A DNA stretch of 63,997 nt, the filler included, from Vicugna vicugna (Eukaryota): NCBI GenBank assembly GCA_013265495.1. It is 79 parts of 74 records of this genome, joined end to end, with 100 filler letters (N's around TTAATTAATTAA, not from the genome) between each part and the next. Parts side by side here need not be neighbours in the genome. Positions count along the whole stretch, not along the records: positions 13,119 to 14,246 come from MU061008.1; positions 14,347 to 15,731 come from MU061009.1; positions 15,832 to 16,389 come from PNXW01017117.1; positions 16,490 to 17,075 come from MU061011.1; positions 17,176 to 17,849 come from MU061015.1; positions 17,950 to 18,198 come from MU061016.1; positions 18,299 to 18,509 come from MU061016.1; positions 18,610 to 19,395 come from PNXW01017132.1; 71 more parts are not named here. One strand, given 5' to 3'. The position numbers and the translations under genes were made by a program. Of this stretch, positions 13,019 to 25,440 are shown one piece after another. Numbering within the stretch: position 1 is the first letter of the stretch; each line of letters opens with the position of its first letter. Under the pieces are notes generated by a model. The model was not told the DNA's origin. It was given only the letters and a program-made list of their open reading frames with translations, and did not search any database.

Positions 13019-13118
13019 NNNNNNNNNNNNNNNNNNNNNNNNNNNNNNNNNNNNNNNNNNNNTTAATTAATTAANNNNNNNNNNNNNNNNNNNNNNNNNN
13101 NNNNNNNNNNNNNNNNNN

Positions 13119-14246
13119 CCTCTATAAAAGGAATATTTTCATCAAGTAACGTGTACTTATTTTTACAAGCTTTTCTTAACACCAGTTTCGAATTCGTGCA
13201 TTTTCACAGAAAAATATTTCTGGAGAGATTTACACCTAATAGACATGTAATTTTTAAATTCGATCAACATGGCAACCCGGGTTCTGTGCATGATACATGC
13301 TTCACGGATTCGATAAACATGCGTTTCTGTATTGTGAGCATGTGGATTACTGACCTTTCATTCACCAAATAAGGCATATATACACTTAGAAATATTTACT
13401 CTGACTTAATAGTTTTTTTCTATCACCAGGTTCTAAAATCAGACATTTTGAACCAGAAAANNNNNNNNNNNNNNNNNNNNNNNNNNNNNNNNNNNNNNNN
13501 NNNNNNNNNNNNNNNNNNNNNNNNNNNNNNNNNNNNNNNNNNNNNNNNNNNNNNNNNNNNNNNNNNNNNNNNNNNNNNNNNNNNNNNNNNNNNNNNNNNN
13601 NNNNNNNNNNNNNNNNNNNNNNNNNNNNNNNNNNNNNNNNNNNNNNNNNNNNNNNNNNNNNNNNNNNNNNNNNNNNNNNNNNNNNNNNNNNNNNNNNNNN
13701 NNNNNNNNNAGAATCACAATTTTATCCCAGAAATACACTCTTGGATCGAATTCTACCCTAGAGATATGCAATTTTAATCGATTCCATCAACATGATATTC
13801 TGTGTTCTGTACATGCTACATGCATGACGGATTTGACAAACATGAATTCCTGAGTTGAGAGCATGTGGATAACTCATCTTTCATCCTCAGAAAAAGGAAA
13901 ATTTTCATCTAGAATCGTGTACACATTTTCACAAGCTTTCCCTAACACCAGTTTCCAATTCGTGTATTTTTCACAGAAAAATACTTCTGGAGCGATTTCA
14001 ACCTACTAGATATGTAATTTACATAAATTCGATCAACATGGCATTCCAGGTTCCATACATGTTACATGCATGACAGATTTGACAAACATGCATTTCTGAG
14101 TTGCGAGAATGTGGATTACTAATCTTTCATCCACCAAACTAGGCATATATACACTTAGAAATATTTACTCAAATTTCATAGGATTTTTCTATGACCAGAT
14201 CCTGAAATCAGACATTTTGCCCCAAAAAACAATCTTTGGGCCAATC
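13119..14246 (+). repeat. SatD array, monomer order a-b-[gap]-c-a-b
   Basis: Same motifs as 3851-4838, with alternating monomer types. Confidence 0.92.
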
Positions 14247-14346
14247 NNNNNNNNNNNNNNNNNNNNNNNNNNNNNNNNNNNNNNNNNNNNTTAATTAATT
14301 AANNNNNNNNNNNNNNNNNNNNNNNNNNNNNNNNNNNNNNNNNNNN

Positions 14347-15731
14347 ACAGAATTAAGAATATAGAATACAGAATCCTGAATATAGGATTTGAATATAGAA
14401 TGTAGTACACATAATACGGAATACGGCATGCAGAATATACAATACAGAATATAGAATGCAAAACACAGAATATAGAATGTGGAAAACAGAAAAGAGAAAT
14501 CAGAATTTAGAACTGGAATGAAGAACACAGAATATAGAATATAGAATAGAGAATACAGAATATAGAATTTAGAACATTGAATGCAGAACACAGTATTTAG
14601 AATATTGAATGCAGAATACTGTATATAGTATTTAGAATATAGAATGNNNNNNNNNNNNNNNNNNNNNNNNNNNNNNNNNNNNNNNNNNNNNNNNNNNNNN
14701 NNNNNNNNNNNNNNNNNNNNNNNNNNNNNNNNNNNNNNNNNNNNNNNNNNNNNNNNNNNNNNNNNNNNNNNNNNNNNNNNNNNNNNNNNNNNNNNNNNNN
14801 NNNNNNNNNNNNNNNNNNNNNNNNNNNNNNNNNNNNNNNNNNNNNNNNNNNNNNNNNNNNNNNNNNNNNNNNNNNNNNNNNNNNNNNNNNNNNNNNNNNN
14901 NNNNNNNNNNNNNNNNNNNNNNNNNNNNNNNNNNNNNNNNNNNNNNNNNNNNNNNNNNNNNNNNNNNNNNNNNNNNNNNNNNNNNNNNNNNNNNNNNNNN
15001 NNNNNNNNNNNNNNNNNNNNNNNNNNNNNNNNNNNNNNNNNNNNNNNNNNNNNNNNNNNNNNNNNNNNNNNNNNNNNNNNNNNNNNNNNNNNNNNNNNNN
15101 NNNNNNNNNNNNNNNNNNNNNNNNNNNNNNNNNNNNNNNNNNNNNNNNNNNNNNNNNNNNNNNNNNNNNNNNNNNNNNNNNNNNNNNNNNNATTTAGAAT
15201 ATAGAATACAGAATACTGAATATAGAATTTAGAATGCACAATGTAGAACACAGAATATAGAACATAGAATACAGAATGTAGAATATACAATACAGAATAT
15301 AGAATTTTGAACAGAGAATATAGAAAGAGGAAAACAGAATAAAGAACCCAGAATTTAGAACATGGAATGCAGAGCACAGAATTTAAAATATAGAATACAG
15401 AATACTGAATATACAATTAAGAATATAGAATGTAGAACACAAAATATGGGATGCAGAATACGGAATGCAGAATATTGAATATAGAATATAGAATATAGAA
15501 CACAGAATTTAGAATATGGAAAACAGAATTTAGAACCCAGAATATAGAACATGGAATGCAGAACACAGAATTTAACATATAGAATACAGAATACTGAATA
15601 TAGAATTTCGAATATAGAACGTAGAACACAGAATATAGAATATAGAATTCGGAAAACAGAAAACAGAACCCTGAAATTAGAAAATAGAATGCAGAACACA
15701 GAATTTAGAATAAAGAATAGAGAATACTGAA
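14347..15731 (+). repeat. SatE degenerate heptamer satellite (AGAATAT)n
   Basis: Continuous agaatat/agaatac/agaacac/agaattt variants. Confidence 0.95.
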
Positions 15732-15831
15732 NNNNNNNNNNNNNNNNNNNNNNNNNNNNNNNNNNNNNNNNNNNNTTAATTAATTAANNNNNNNNNNNNN
15801 NNNNNNNNNNNNNNNNNNNNNNNNNNNNNNN

Positions 15832-16389
15832 GAAAACACTCTTTGAGCGAATTCTCACCAATACACATCTAATTTAAATTGTTTACAGAACCATGGCATT
15901 CCGTATTACAGACATGTTTCATACATCACGGATTCCGCAAATATACATTCCTGAGTTGAAGTCATCTGGATTACTATTCTTGCCTCCTCTATAAAAGTAA
16001 TATTTTCTTCTAGACACGTGTACACATTTTCACAAGCTTTCCCTAAACCAGGTACGAATTCATGCATTTCTCACAAAAAAATATTTCTGAAGCGATTTCC
16101 ACCTAATTTGAATGTAATTTACATGAATTCCTTCAACATGGCATTCCGGGTTCCGTACATGCTACGTACATGACGGATTTGACAAACATGCATTCCTGAG
16201 TTGAGAGCATGTGGATTACTATTTTTTCATCCTCTATAAAAGGAATATTTTCCTCTATACATGTGTACACATTTTCACAAGCTTTCCCTAACACCAGGTT
16301 CGAATTCGTGCATTTTTCAAAGAAAAATAGTTCTGGAGCGGTTACCACTTAACAGATATTTAATTTACATGTATTCCAACAACATGGCA
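15832..16389 (+). repeat. SatD array
   Basis: catggca at 15892, 16137 and 16383 (periods 245 and 246). Confidence 0.93.
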
Positions 16390-16489
16390 NNNNNNNNNNN
16401 NNNNNNNNNNNNNNNNNNNNNNNNNNNNNNNNNTTAATTAATTAANNNNNNNNNNNNNNNNNNNNNNNNNNNNNNNNNNNNNNNNNNNN

Positions 16490-17075
16490 CTCTGTGGAGC
16501 TTAGCTTAAGTCTTTGGTCCGGGAAGCTGTGTCATTTCGAGATACTGCTGATGCCCAAAGACCTGAGATCACGGGTCAGTTTCCAGAATCTGAAAGGGCA
16601 GACAGTGGAAGATCTGCCTGCCATCAGCTTACTGGTGAGGCTCCGAGGTACTTTCAGATATGCCCAGTCCTGTTGAAGTCAACTGTATGGGAGATACGAA
16701 GAGAAGCTGGCCGAAATGCTGGCTGCACGGATTGAGGAGTGATGCGAACACATTGATGAGAGATGTTCTGCTACAATGGAGATTACTAGCCTGGAGACAG
16801 CTGTAGAGGATACCAGGCTCGAAAGGCATTNNNNNNNNNNNNNNNNNNNNNNNNNNNNNNNNNNNNNNNNNNNNNNNNNCCAACGTGGACTTGAGGAAGT
16901 TCCTCAATTCTCTGCTCCAAGAACGGGTCCAAGATCCCTGACATCTAAAAGAGAAGAGATGGCAGAGGTGATCTAAAAGCTCATGATCTTGGAAGAGGTC
17001 GTGAGAATCCACACGTCCCAAGGGACATTTCAAGCCAATCAGTCCAAAGTGCACCAAGCCCAAGTAAGCCTTTTC
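16490..17075 (+). mobile_element. Degenerate ERV-L-like gag remnant (lineage 1, copy 1)
   Basis: With one frameshift it reads PE/LKGQTVED, versus recalled ERV-L gag PELPWQTVEE. 16623-16784 differs from the minus strand of 41840-42001 at 13 of 162 positions. Two in-frame TGA codons. Confidence 0.45.
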
Positions 17076-17175
17076 NNNNNNNNNNNNNNNNNNNNNNNNN
17101 NNNNNNNNNNNNNNNNNNNTTAATTAATTAANNNNNNNNNNNNNNNNNNNNNNNNNNNNNNNNNNNNNNNNNNNN

Positions 17176-17849
17176 TCCACTTCTTTGGGGAATATACTTA
17201 AGAATGGAAATGCTGTCATACGGTAACTCTGTTTAACCCTTTCAGGACCTGCCATACTGTTTTCCAGAGTGGCTGCACCATCTAACATTTTTACCCAAAG
17301 TGTATAATTCTCCCAATTCCTATGCATTCCTGTCACCACTGGTCATCAGCTCTCCTGGTAGGTGTGAACTGGCATCTCGTTGTGGCTTTGATTTGCATTT
17401 TTCTGATGACTAAGAATGTTGGGGATCTTTTCATGTGCTTATCTATTTGTGTATCTTCTTTGAAGACCTGGCTGTTTAGGTTTTTGCCCATTTTCAAATT
17501 GGGTTGTCTTTTTATGATTGAATTGTCAGAGTCCTTTTTGTATCCTGGGTGCAAGCCTTTGATCAGATGTAGGATTTTCGAGTATTTCCTCCTGTTCAGG
17601 AGCTTGCCTTCTTACCTTCTTGATGGTGTCTTTTGAAGANNNNNNNNNNNNNNNNNNNNNNNNNNNNNNNNNNNNNNNNNNNNNNNNNNNNNNNNNNNNN
17701 NNNNNNNNNNNNNNNNNNNNNNNNNNNNNNNNNCTAATTGTTTTTTTAGCTCTTTCGTTTTGAGTTAATTTGATATATGTTGTATGAGGTAGAGGTCGAA
17801 TTTGGTTCTTTTGCATGTGGATATCCAGTTGTCCCTGTACCATTTGTTA
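17176..17849 (-). mobile_element. Old LINE-1 ORF2 C-terminal region, disrupted
   Basis: Peptides LKMGKNLNSQVFKEDTQIDKHMKRSPTFLVIRKMQIKATTRCQFTPTR and LWVKMLDGAATLENSM match the L1 ORF2p C-terminus. Confidence 0.92.
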
Positions 17850-17949
17850 NNNNNNNNNNNNNNNNNNNNNNNNNNNNNNNNNNNNNNNNNNNNTTAATTA
17901 ATTAANNNNNNNNNNNNNNNNNNNNNNNNNNNNNNNNNNNNNNNNNNNN

Positions 17950-18198
17950 GTGTTCCCTGTACGGGGAAGCCCGAGAAAAACCTTCCCTGACCTTCTGGAG
18001 GCAGCCTCGGACACTGGGATATCCTCCAATCACCCTTAGCATTCCCTGGCACTGAGACATTAGGAAAACCCTCAGGGGAGACGAGCTTAGGCATTCCGTT
18101 AGAACCCACGCAGTGCCAACCGTTGGTGGAACCTCCCCACGATCAGGATTCCGGAATCATTGTCAGTGCGTGGGGGAGCTCGAGAGACAACTCCACGC
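17950..18198 (-). repeat. SatB 267-bp satellite fragment
   Basis: gagcttaggcattccgttagaacccacg..cgttggtggaacctccccac. Confidence 0.95.
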
Positions 18199-18298
18199 NN
18201 NNNNNNNNNNNNNNNNNNNNNNNNNNNNNNNNNNNNNNNNNNTTAATTAATTAANNNNNNNNNNNNNNNNNNNNNNNNNNNNNNNNNNNNNNNNNNNN

Positions 18299-18509
18299 GA
18301 GACAACTCCACGCAGCTCTCTTCAGTCACAGGTGTTCCCTGTTCGGGGAAGTCCGAGAAATAACTTCCCTGAATTTGGGGAGGCAGCCTCTGACACTGGG
18401 ATATCCTGCAATCACCCCTAGAATTCCCTGGCACTGAGACATTAGGAAAACCCTCATGGGAGATGAGCTTATGCATTCCGATTGAACCCACGCGCTGCCG
18501 ACCGTTGGT
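18299..18509 (-). repeat. SatB fragment
   Basis: Same unit as 44565-45466. Confidence 0.95.
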
Positions 18510-18609
18510 NNNNNNNNNNNNNNNNNNNNNNNNNNNNNNNNNNNNNNNNNNNNTTAATTAATTAANNNNNNNNNNNNNNNNNNNNNNNNNNNNNNNNNNN
18601 NNNNNNNNN

Positions 18610-19395
18610 GATCCGGTATCCTGAGTGTGTGGAAGATCCTCCAACTGACAGCGGCGCCTTCGTTCAAATAGAATAACCCAGCTTGACTTCCCTAAGTTTT
18701 TTCCTAGACCTAGCAGTGAGCGATGATGGGGAATGGGCTCTAAAGCCAAGAATAAGCGAGTGCATCTCTGTGGGCAGTGGAGGATTTGAAACTTCTTCCC
18801 CAACCTTGGAACACCTGTGCCCCCATAAAGATGCGTGGACTCTGATTCCCCACCTCCAGCACACACACGGAGACGTGCTCAGGTATCCTGATTGTGGGGA
18901 GGCTACAGCACCTGGGTTCTAATAGAATCCCTTTGCTTGTATTCCTTGAGTGTGTCCCTATGCCGGGCTGAGAGGGAAATCTGGGAGTTTGGCTTGGAGG
19001 CCAAGTAGCAGCAACTGCCCCCCAAAGGAATATGGAATTATTTAGAGGACTTCTCCCTAATGGGAAACAAGTGTGACCCCATTCATCTACTTGGATTGTG
19101 GCTCCACATCTCCCCTCCACACAAGGTTGGCTTCCGGAATTCTGAGAGTAGGAAAGTTCCTCCAACTGAGAGCAGTGCCAGTGTTCTAGTGGAATCCTTA
19201 AGCTTCTCTTCCCTGATGGATTGCATAAGCTGGAGTGCGGTTCAAAGTGGGATTTGGGCTCTAAATCCAAGTATTTGTGAGTGCCTCTCCATGGGAAGAT
19301 TAGGTGTTTAACCATCAACCACCAACATAGGAATACCTTTGCCCCCTTGTATACGTGTGGACACTGTTTCTCCAACAACATCACGAACACGAAGT
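18610..19395 (+). repeat. SatA array, three different monomer types
   Basis: Monomers match the types seen at 1080-1340 and 1607-1757. Confidence 0.9.
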
Positions 19396-19495
19396 NNNNN
19401 NNNNNNNNNNNNNNNNNNNNNNNNNNNNNNNNNNNNNNNTTAATTAATTAANNNNNNNNNNNNNNNNNNNNNNNNNNNNNNNNNNNNNNNNNNNN

Positions 19496-19679
19496 GTCGG
19501 CAGCGCGTGGGTTCTAACAGAAAGCCTAAGCTGGTCTCCCAAGAGGATTTTCCTAATGTCTCTGTGTCGGGGAATGCTAGGGGGGTTTGCAGGATATCCC
19601 AGTGACAGAGACTGCCTCCCCAAGGTCAGGGAATATATTTCTCGGACTTCCCCGAACAGGGAACACCTGTGACTGAAGA
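19496..19679 (+). repeat. SatB fragment
   Basis: gtcggcagcgcgtgggttctaac core. Confidence 0.95.
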
Positions 19680-19779
19680 NNNNNNNNNNNNNNNNNNNNN
19701 NNNNNNNNNNNNNNNNNNNNNNNTTAATTAATTAANNNNNNNNNNNNNNNNNNNNNNNNNNNNNNNNNNNNNNNNNNNN

Positions 19780-20726
19780 TTCCGGAATCCTGAGCGTGGG
19801 GAGGTTCCACCAACTGTCGGCCGCGCGTGGGTTCTAACGGAAAGCCTAAGCTCGCCTCCCCTGAGGGTTGTCTTAATGTCTCTGTTCCAGGGAATGCTAG
19901 GGGGGTTTGCAGGATATCCCAGTGACAGAGCCTGCCTCGCCAAGGTCAGGAAAGTTATTTCTTGGACCTCCCCGATCAGGGAACACCTATGAATGAAGAG
20001 AGCTGCGTGGAGTTGTCTCTCGAGCTCCCCCACTCACTGACAATTGTTCCGGAATCCAGAGCTTGGGGAGGTTACACCAACCGTCGGCAGCGCGTGGGTT
20101 CTAACAGAAAGCCTAAGCTCGTCTCCCCTGAGGGTTTTCCTAATGTCTCTGTGCCNNNNNNNNNNNNNNNNNNNNNNNNNNNNNNNNNNNNNNNNNNNNN
20201 NNNNNNNNNNNNNNNNNNNNNNNNNNNNNNNNNNNNNNNNNNNNNNNNNNNNNNNNNNNNNNNNNNNNNNNNNNNNNNNNNNNNNNNNNNNNNNNNNNNN
20301 NNNNNNNNNNNNNNNNNNNNNNNNNNNNNNNNNNNNNNNNNNNNNNNNNNNNNNNNNNNNNNNNNNNNNNNNNNNNNNNNNNNNNNNNNNNNNNNNNNNN
20401 NNNNNNNNNNNNNNNNNNNNNNNNNNNNNNNNNNNNNNNNNNNNNNNNNNNNNNNNNNNNNNNNNNNNNNNNNNNNNNNNNNNNNNNNNNNNNNNNNNNN
20501 NNNNNNNNNNNNNNNNNNNNNNNNNNNNNNNNNNNNNNNNNNNNNNNNNNNNNCACGCACTGACAATGTTTCCGGTATCCTGAGCGTGGGGAGGTTCCAC
20601 CAACGGTCGGCAGCGCATGGGTTTTAACGGAAAGCCTAAGCTCGTCAAACCTGAGGCTTTTCCTAATATCTCTGTGCCAGAGAATCCTAGGGTGGTTTGC
20701 AGGATATCCCAGTGACAGAGGCTGCC
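19780..20726 (+). repeat. SatB array with internal gap
   Basis: Tandem copies of the 267-bp unit. Confidence 0.95.
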
Positions 20727-20826
20727 NNNNNNNNNNNNNNNNNNNNNNNNNNNNNNNNNNNNNNNNNNNNTTAATTAATTAANNNNNNNNNNNNNNNNNN
20801 NNNNNNNNNNNNNNNNNNNNNNNNNN

Positions 20827-22213
20827 GAACCACCCCATATATATGTATGTATTGGAATTTGCAACTTAAAATAAACTTTGTCTTTCCTTCAAGCTTGGTT
20901 GAGGAGGGCTTTCACACACACTTTTCTCTCAGAACTGATCATGTGGAGACAAGTTCGTTCATCCAGCACAAAAGGAACGCTTTGCAGGAGATACACTTAC
21001 CCTGGTTTCTCAGTCTGTTTCGTAGGGCCGGTTTGAAGTGCCTGCCGTTTTCACTGTAAAACCGAGTTGGAGCTTGTACCACCCCATATATATGTATGGA
21101 GNNNNNNNNNNNNNNNNNNNNNNNNNNNNNNNNNNNNNNNNNNNNNNNNNNNNNNNNNNNNNNNNNNNNNNNNNNNNNNNNNNNNNNNNNNNNNNNNNNN
21201 NNNNNNNNNNNNNNNNNNNNNNNNNNNNNNNNNNNNNNNNNNNNNNNNNNNNNNNNNNNNNNNNNNNNNNNNNNNNNNNNNNNNNNNNNNNNNNNNNNNN
21301 NNNNNNNNNNNNNNNNNNNNNNNNNNNNNNNNNNNNNNNNNNNNNNNNNNNNNNNNNNNNNNNNNNNNNNNNNNNNNNNNNNNNNNNNNNNNNNNNNNNN
21401 NNNNNNNNNNNNNNNNNNNNNNNNNNNNNNNNNNNNNNNNNNNNNNNNNNNNNNNNNNNNNNNNNNNNNNNNNNNNNNNNNNNNNNNNNNNNNNNNNNNN
21501 NNNNNNNNNNNNNNNNNNNNNNNNNNNNNNNNNNNNNNNNNNNNNNNNNNNNNNNNNNNNNNNNNNNNNNNNNNNNNNNNNNNNNNNNNNNNNNNNNNNN
21601 NNNNNNNNNNNNNNNNNNNNNNNNNNNNNNNNNNNNNNNNNNNNNCTTTGTGTTTCCTTCAAGCTAGGTGAAGGAGGGATTTCACACACACATATCTCTC
21701 AGAAAATAGCATGTTTAGAGACGTTCGTCCATCCAGCACATGGGGAACTGGTTGCAGGAAAAGCACTTACTCTGGTTTTCTGTCTGTTTCCTAGTGCCGG
21801 TTTGAAGTTCCTGCAGTTTTCACTGTAAAACCGAGTTGGAGCTTGTACCTCCCCATTTATATGTATGGAGTGGAGTTAGCAACTGAAGAGAAACNNNNNN
21901 NNNNNNNNNNNNNNNNNNNNNNNNNNNNNNNNNNNNNNNNNNNNNNNNNNNNNNNNNNNNNNNNNNNNNNNNNNNNNNNNNNNNNNNNNNNNNNNNNNNN
22001 NNNNNNNNNNNNNNNNNNNNNNNNNNNNNNNNNNNNNNNNNNNNNNNNNNNNNNNNNNNNNNNNNNNNNNNNNNNNNNNNNNNNNNNNNNNNNNNNNNNN
22101 NNNNNNNNNNNNNNNNNNNNNNNNNNNNNTACGCAAATGAAACATACTGTTCCCTTTCAGCAAGGTGGAGGATGGCTTTCTCACACACTTATCTCTCAGA
22201 ACTGAGCATGTGG
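20827..22213 (+). repeat. SatC array with gaps
   Basis: ccggtttgaagtgcctgccgttttcactgtaaaaccgagttggagcttgtacc repeated. Confidence 0.93.
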
Positions 22214-23184
22214 NNNNNNNNNNNNNNNNNNNNNNNNNNNNNNNNNNNNNNNNNNNNTTAATTAATTAANNNNNNNNNNNNNNNNNNNNNNNNNNNNNNN
22301 NNNNNNNNNNNNNGTTGCAAATAGCTTTCTGTGATATTTTTGGAGGAGAACCTGATTTAACTTTGCAGAAAGTTCCTGTCCCCAAACCACTGGTTTTCCA
22401 TCTACAAAGCAGCCCCGAGGCGAGCAGAGGTGGGTAATCCGTACAGGTGAGCAAACTGGGCTCTCTGTTCCCCCCTCACCTGTCTCTTCCAAGCATCGGA
22501 GATGCGGTTGGAGCAAGTTGATCATTCTCCCCTCTTGGTCTCTTTTCTCACACACGAAGCCCAACGCTTTGACTTAGGGTCTATAAAACTGTCAAAAATG
22601 AATTCTTTTCCCCGGGTTTTACCTGGACCTTGCAGTCAACCAGCTGAGTGTTTTTGTCCCCTGTTCTCATCCAGATGTACTTGGCTTTGTGTAGAGAAAA
22701 CACGGGGCTGGCTGGCTAAAGAGTTAACATTTCCCCATAAACACGTCAACATTCCATACACACGAATGTAGCGTGAACTCAGGCATCACTGGAAAATGTC
22801 AATGTTCGTTCTGGAAAAATGAGTGAAATCTGTCTGGAGCTTAAGCCTAGATCACGTTGTTTGGTGCCACACCTCCGTGAATAATTCAGCTCATTTGCAC
22901 CGTGGTTATCCGTGAATCCGTGCATTAGGAGCGCACATGCTTTGAAAGGATTTCTGTAACTTGGCCATAATATGCCCATTAAATGTGTTCTGAAAATGGG
23001 ACGCCACGTGGAAATGGGGGTCCACGTGGGGAGCACGTTTGAGTCACCACTGGGTGACCTCGTGAACCATTTTTGACACTCCTGNNNNNNNNNNNNNNNN
23101 NNNNNNNNNNNNNNNNNNNNNNNNNNNNTTAATTAATTAANNNNNNNNNNNNNNNNNNNNNNNNNNNNNNNNNNNNNNNNNNNN

Positions 23185-23790
23185 GCCTCACTGGGCCTAA
23201 CATCTATCTGCTTGGCTGCAAGTGCTGCCTATAAGTTGGGGTTCCCCGTTAGGCAGGTAACCTTGAGACTCCCCCAGGCCTGGATGAGCTCCAGGGGTCC
23301 CTGTATAAAGTCTTTTCTATAGCCTGAATTGACAAAATATGAGGCCAGGATGGTTGGCCAGTGGCAGAATAAATGGACCTAAATAAGGTGGATCTCAAAA
23401 GAGAGTTCGAGCCAGTCTTGAGTTGGCTCCTTCTGGCTCAGGTCTTGTGGTCTTAATTTTAGACAGAGGAGTATATTGTGGCTGGTTTATTAATTGCGAC
23501 AGGATATTCCGGGGGAATGGTGACGAGGTCGCATCTGAAACTTTTAAAAACAGTCTCGTCTTAGTCCCCAAGGACACAGGGGTCCTTTACTCATAGGCTG
23601 TTCTATGTCCCTTTCCCTCCCTGTGTAGCCACCCTGTGCCGGTGTCGCAAACGAGTCAAAGGGAGGGTTTTCGCAGAGTCTGCCTGGCCACTCCCCTCGC
23701 GAGGACAAAGGTGCCTCTTAGCTTTGGTGGGTCAGTATAAACCACTGACTCCGATCAAGACCCTGAGGGGCCGACACCGCCATGAGCCGT
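23185..23790 (-). mobile_element. Probable ERV1-class internal 5' leader region
   Basis: Minus-strand atactgacccaccaaagctaagaggcac resembles the leader motif of class I ERV internals (recalled); no coding motif confirmed. Confidence 0.45.
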
Positions 23791-23959
23791 NNNNNNNNNN
23801 NNNNNNNNNNNNNNNNNNNNNNNNNNNNNNNNNNTTAATTAATTAANNNNNNNNNNNNNNNNNNNNNNNNNNNNNNNNNNNNNNNNNNNNAGAAGATGCC
23901 TTCCCTCATTTGTCTTTTTTACCCCCATTCCTCTGCTATTATCAACCATGGCCTTTCCA

Positions 23960-24330
23960 GTCTGTAAAACATCAGAGAAAATAAGTAAAAGAAAGAAATA
24001 TAGGGTCTGTGAGCTGGTGATAATTGCTGTGGAGGAAAATAAAGGAGGGCAAGGAATGTGTGGTAGGGAGGAGTGGGGCTGGGGCAGTGACCTCTGAATA
24101 AGGCAAAGACGGAGTCAAAGTGGTGGGCAGAAGAGGGGCAGAGGAAACAGTGATCACAGGCCTGGAGGGCCCTCACGCTGGGCAGACAGCATGGAGACTG
24201 GTGTGGGCCAGAGTGAATAGGAAATAAGTGGTGGTTTTGGGGTTGGAGCCTAAGAGGCTGCCGTGAGGATGTGGGCATTTTTCCTTCTGAAGGAATTGCG
24301 GAGCTATGGAGGGTCATCGAGCAAAAAAGT
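23960..24330 (-). mobile_element. L2 fragment
   Basis: ggtgataattgctgtggaggaaaataaag..gcagaggaaacag..ggccagagtgaatagg..gagctatggagggt, typical of the L2a 3' region. Confidence 0.7.
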
Positions 24331-24546
24331 GATACTCTAATGTTAATAATGTTGGATAGAAGAGGTCCAAGACCCTAATTTAAGCTGAAGAAATCAAGGG
24401 TCAAAGAAGTGACATGCCACCTCAAAGTCAGTGCAGAGCTTGAAAGNNNNNNNNNNNNNNNNNNNNNNNNNNNNNNNNNNNNNNNNNNNNTTAATTAATT
24501 AANNNNNNNNNNNNNNNNNNNNNNNNNNNNNNNNNNNNNNNNNNNN

Positions 24547-24950
24547 GCTTCTGTCACATGAAAGTGCCAGCCCACACTCAGGATACCAGAACACTACTGC
24601 ATGTGTGTTCTGGTGGTGGGGATACAGAGTCCATGTATTCTTGAAGGAGCACAGGTATTCCCATGTTGTGGGTTTTTGCTTAAAAACCTCCAAATCCCAT
24701 GGAGAAGCACTCGTTAATACTTGGATTTAGAGCCCAACACACCCTTTCCCCAGCACTCCGTATCAGGCAACCAAACAGCGTAGACAAGTTAAGCGATTTT
24801 AAAAGAACCAAGGCCCTGCTATCCCAGGTTAGTAGTTTAAACACCTCCACAAACCATAGAGATGTCATCGCAATTACTTGGTTTCGGAGCCCAAACCACA
24901 CTTTCCCCCGCACTCCCGCCTAGGCTTTCCATCAGTGAAGAGAAGACAAG
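24547..24950 (-). repeat. SatA fragment (more diverged)
   Basis: cccacactcaggataccagaacac and taatacttggatttagagcccaac motifs. Confidence 0.88.
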
Positions 24951-25050
24951 NNNNNNNNNNNNNNNNNNNNNNNNNNNNNNNNNNNNNNNNNNNNTTAATT
25001 AATTAANNNNNNNNNNNNNNNNNNNNNNNNNNNNNNNNNNNNNNNNNNNN

Positions 25051-25440
25051 GACTCCCCCTTCCCCAGGCCGGGCCTGGATTCCCGGGGGGTGGGCGGCCT
25101 CCTGAACTCCTTCGCGCCAGCTCAGGGTCACGCTCAGAGCCCCCTGCGGGTCGGGTCTGAGCTCCAGTCCCGCTTCTTTGCCCCCCAGGGCTGCGCCCAG
25201 GGTCCCTTCCAGGCCGCGCCCCTCCAGGTGGGCTGCTCCCGGTTCTCGCCGCCGCGGCCGTGGGCGCCCTCCCGTGCGTCTCAGCCACTCCCCTCCCAGC
25301 CCCGCTGAGCTCCGAGCTGGGGGGGAGGGGGCGGGGAGGACGGAGGGAAGTTCCTGGACACCATCTCCTCATCTCTCTCCTCACCCCCTCTCTCCTCACC
25401 GACGCCTCACTACCCCCCCCCAACCGCGGAGCCTCCAGAA
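25051..25440. promoter_or_regulatory. CpG-island-like GC-rich fragment
   Basis: High GC, many CpG, GGGCGG boxes; non-repetitive; gene unidentified. Confidence 0.5.
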
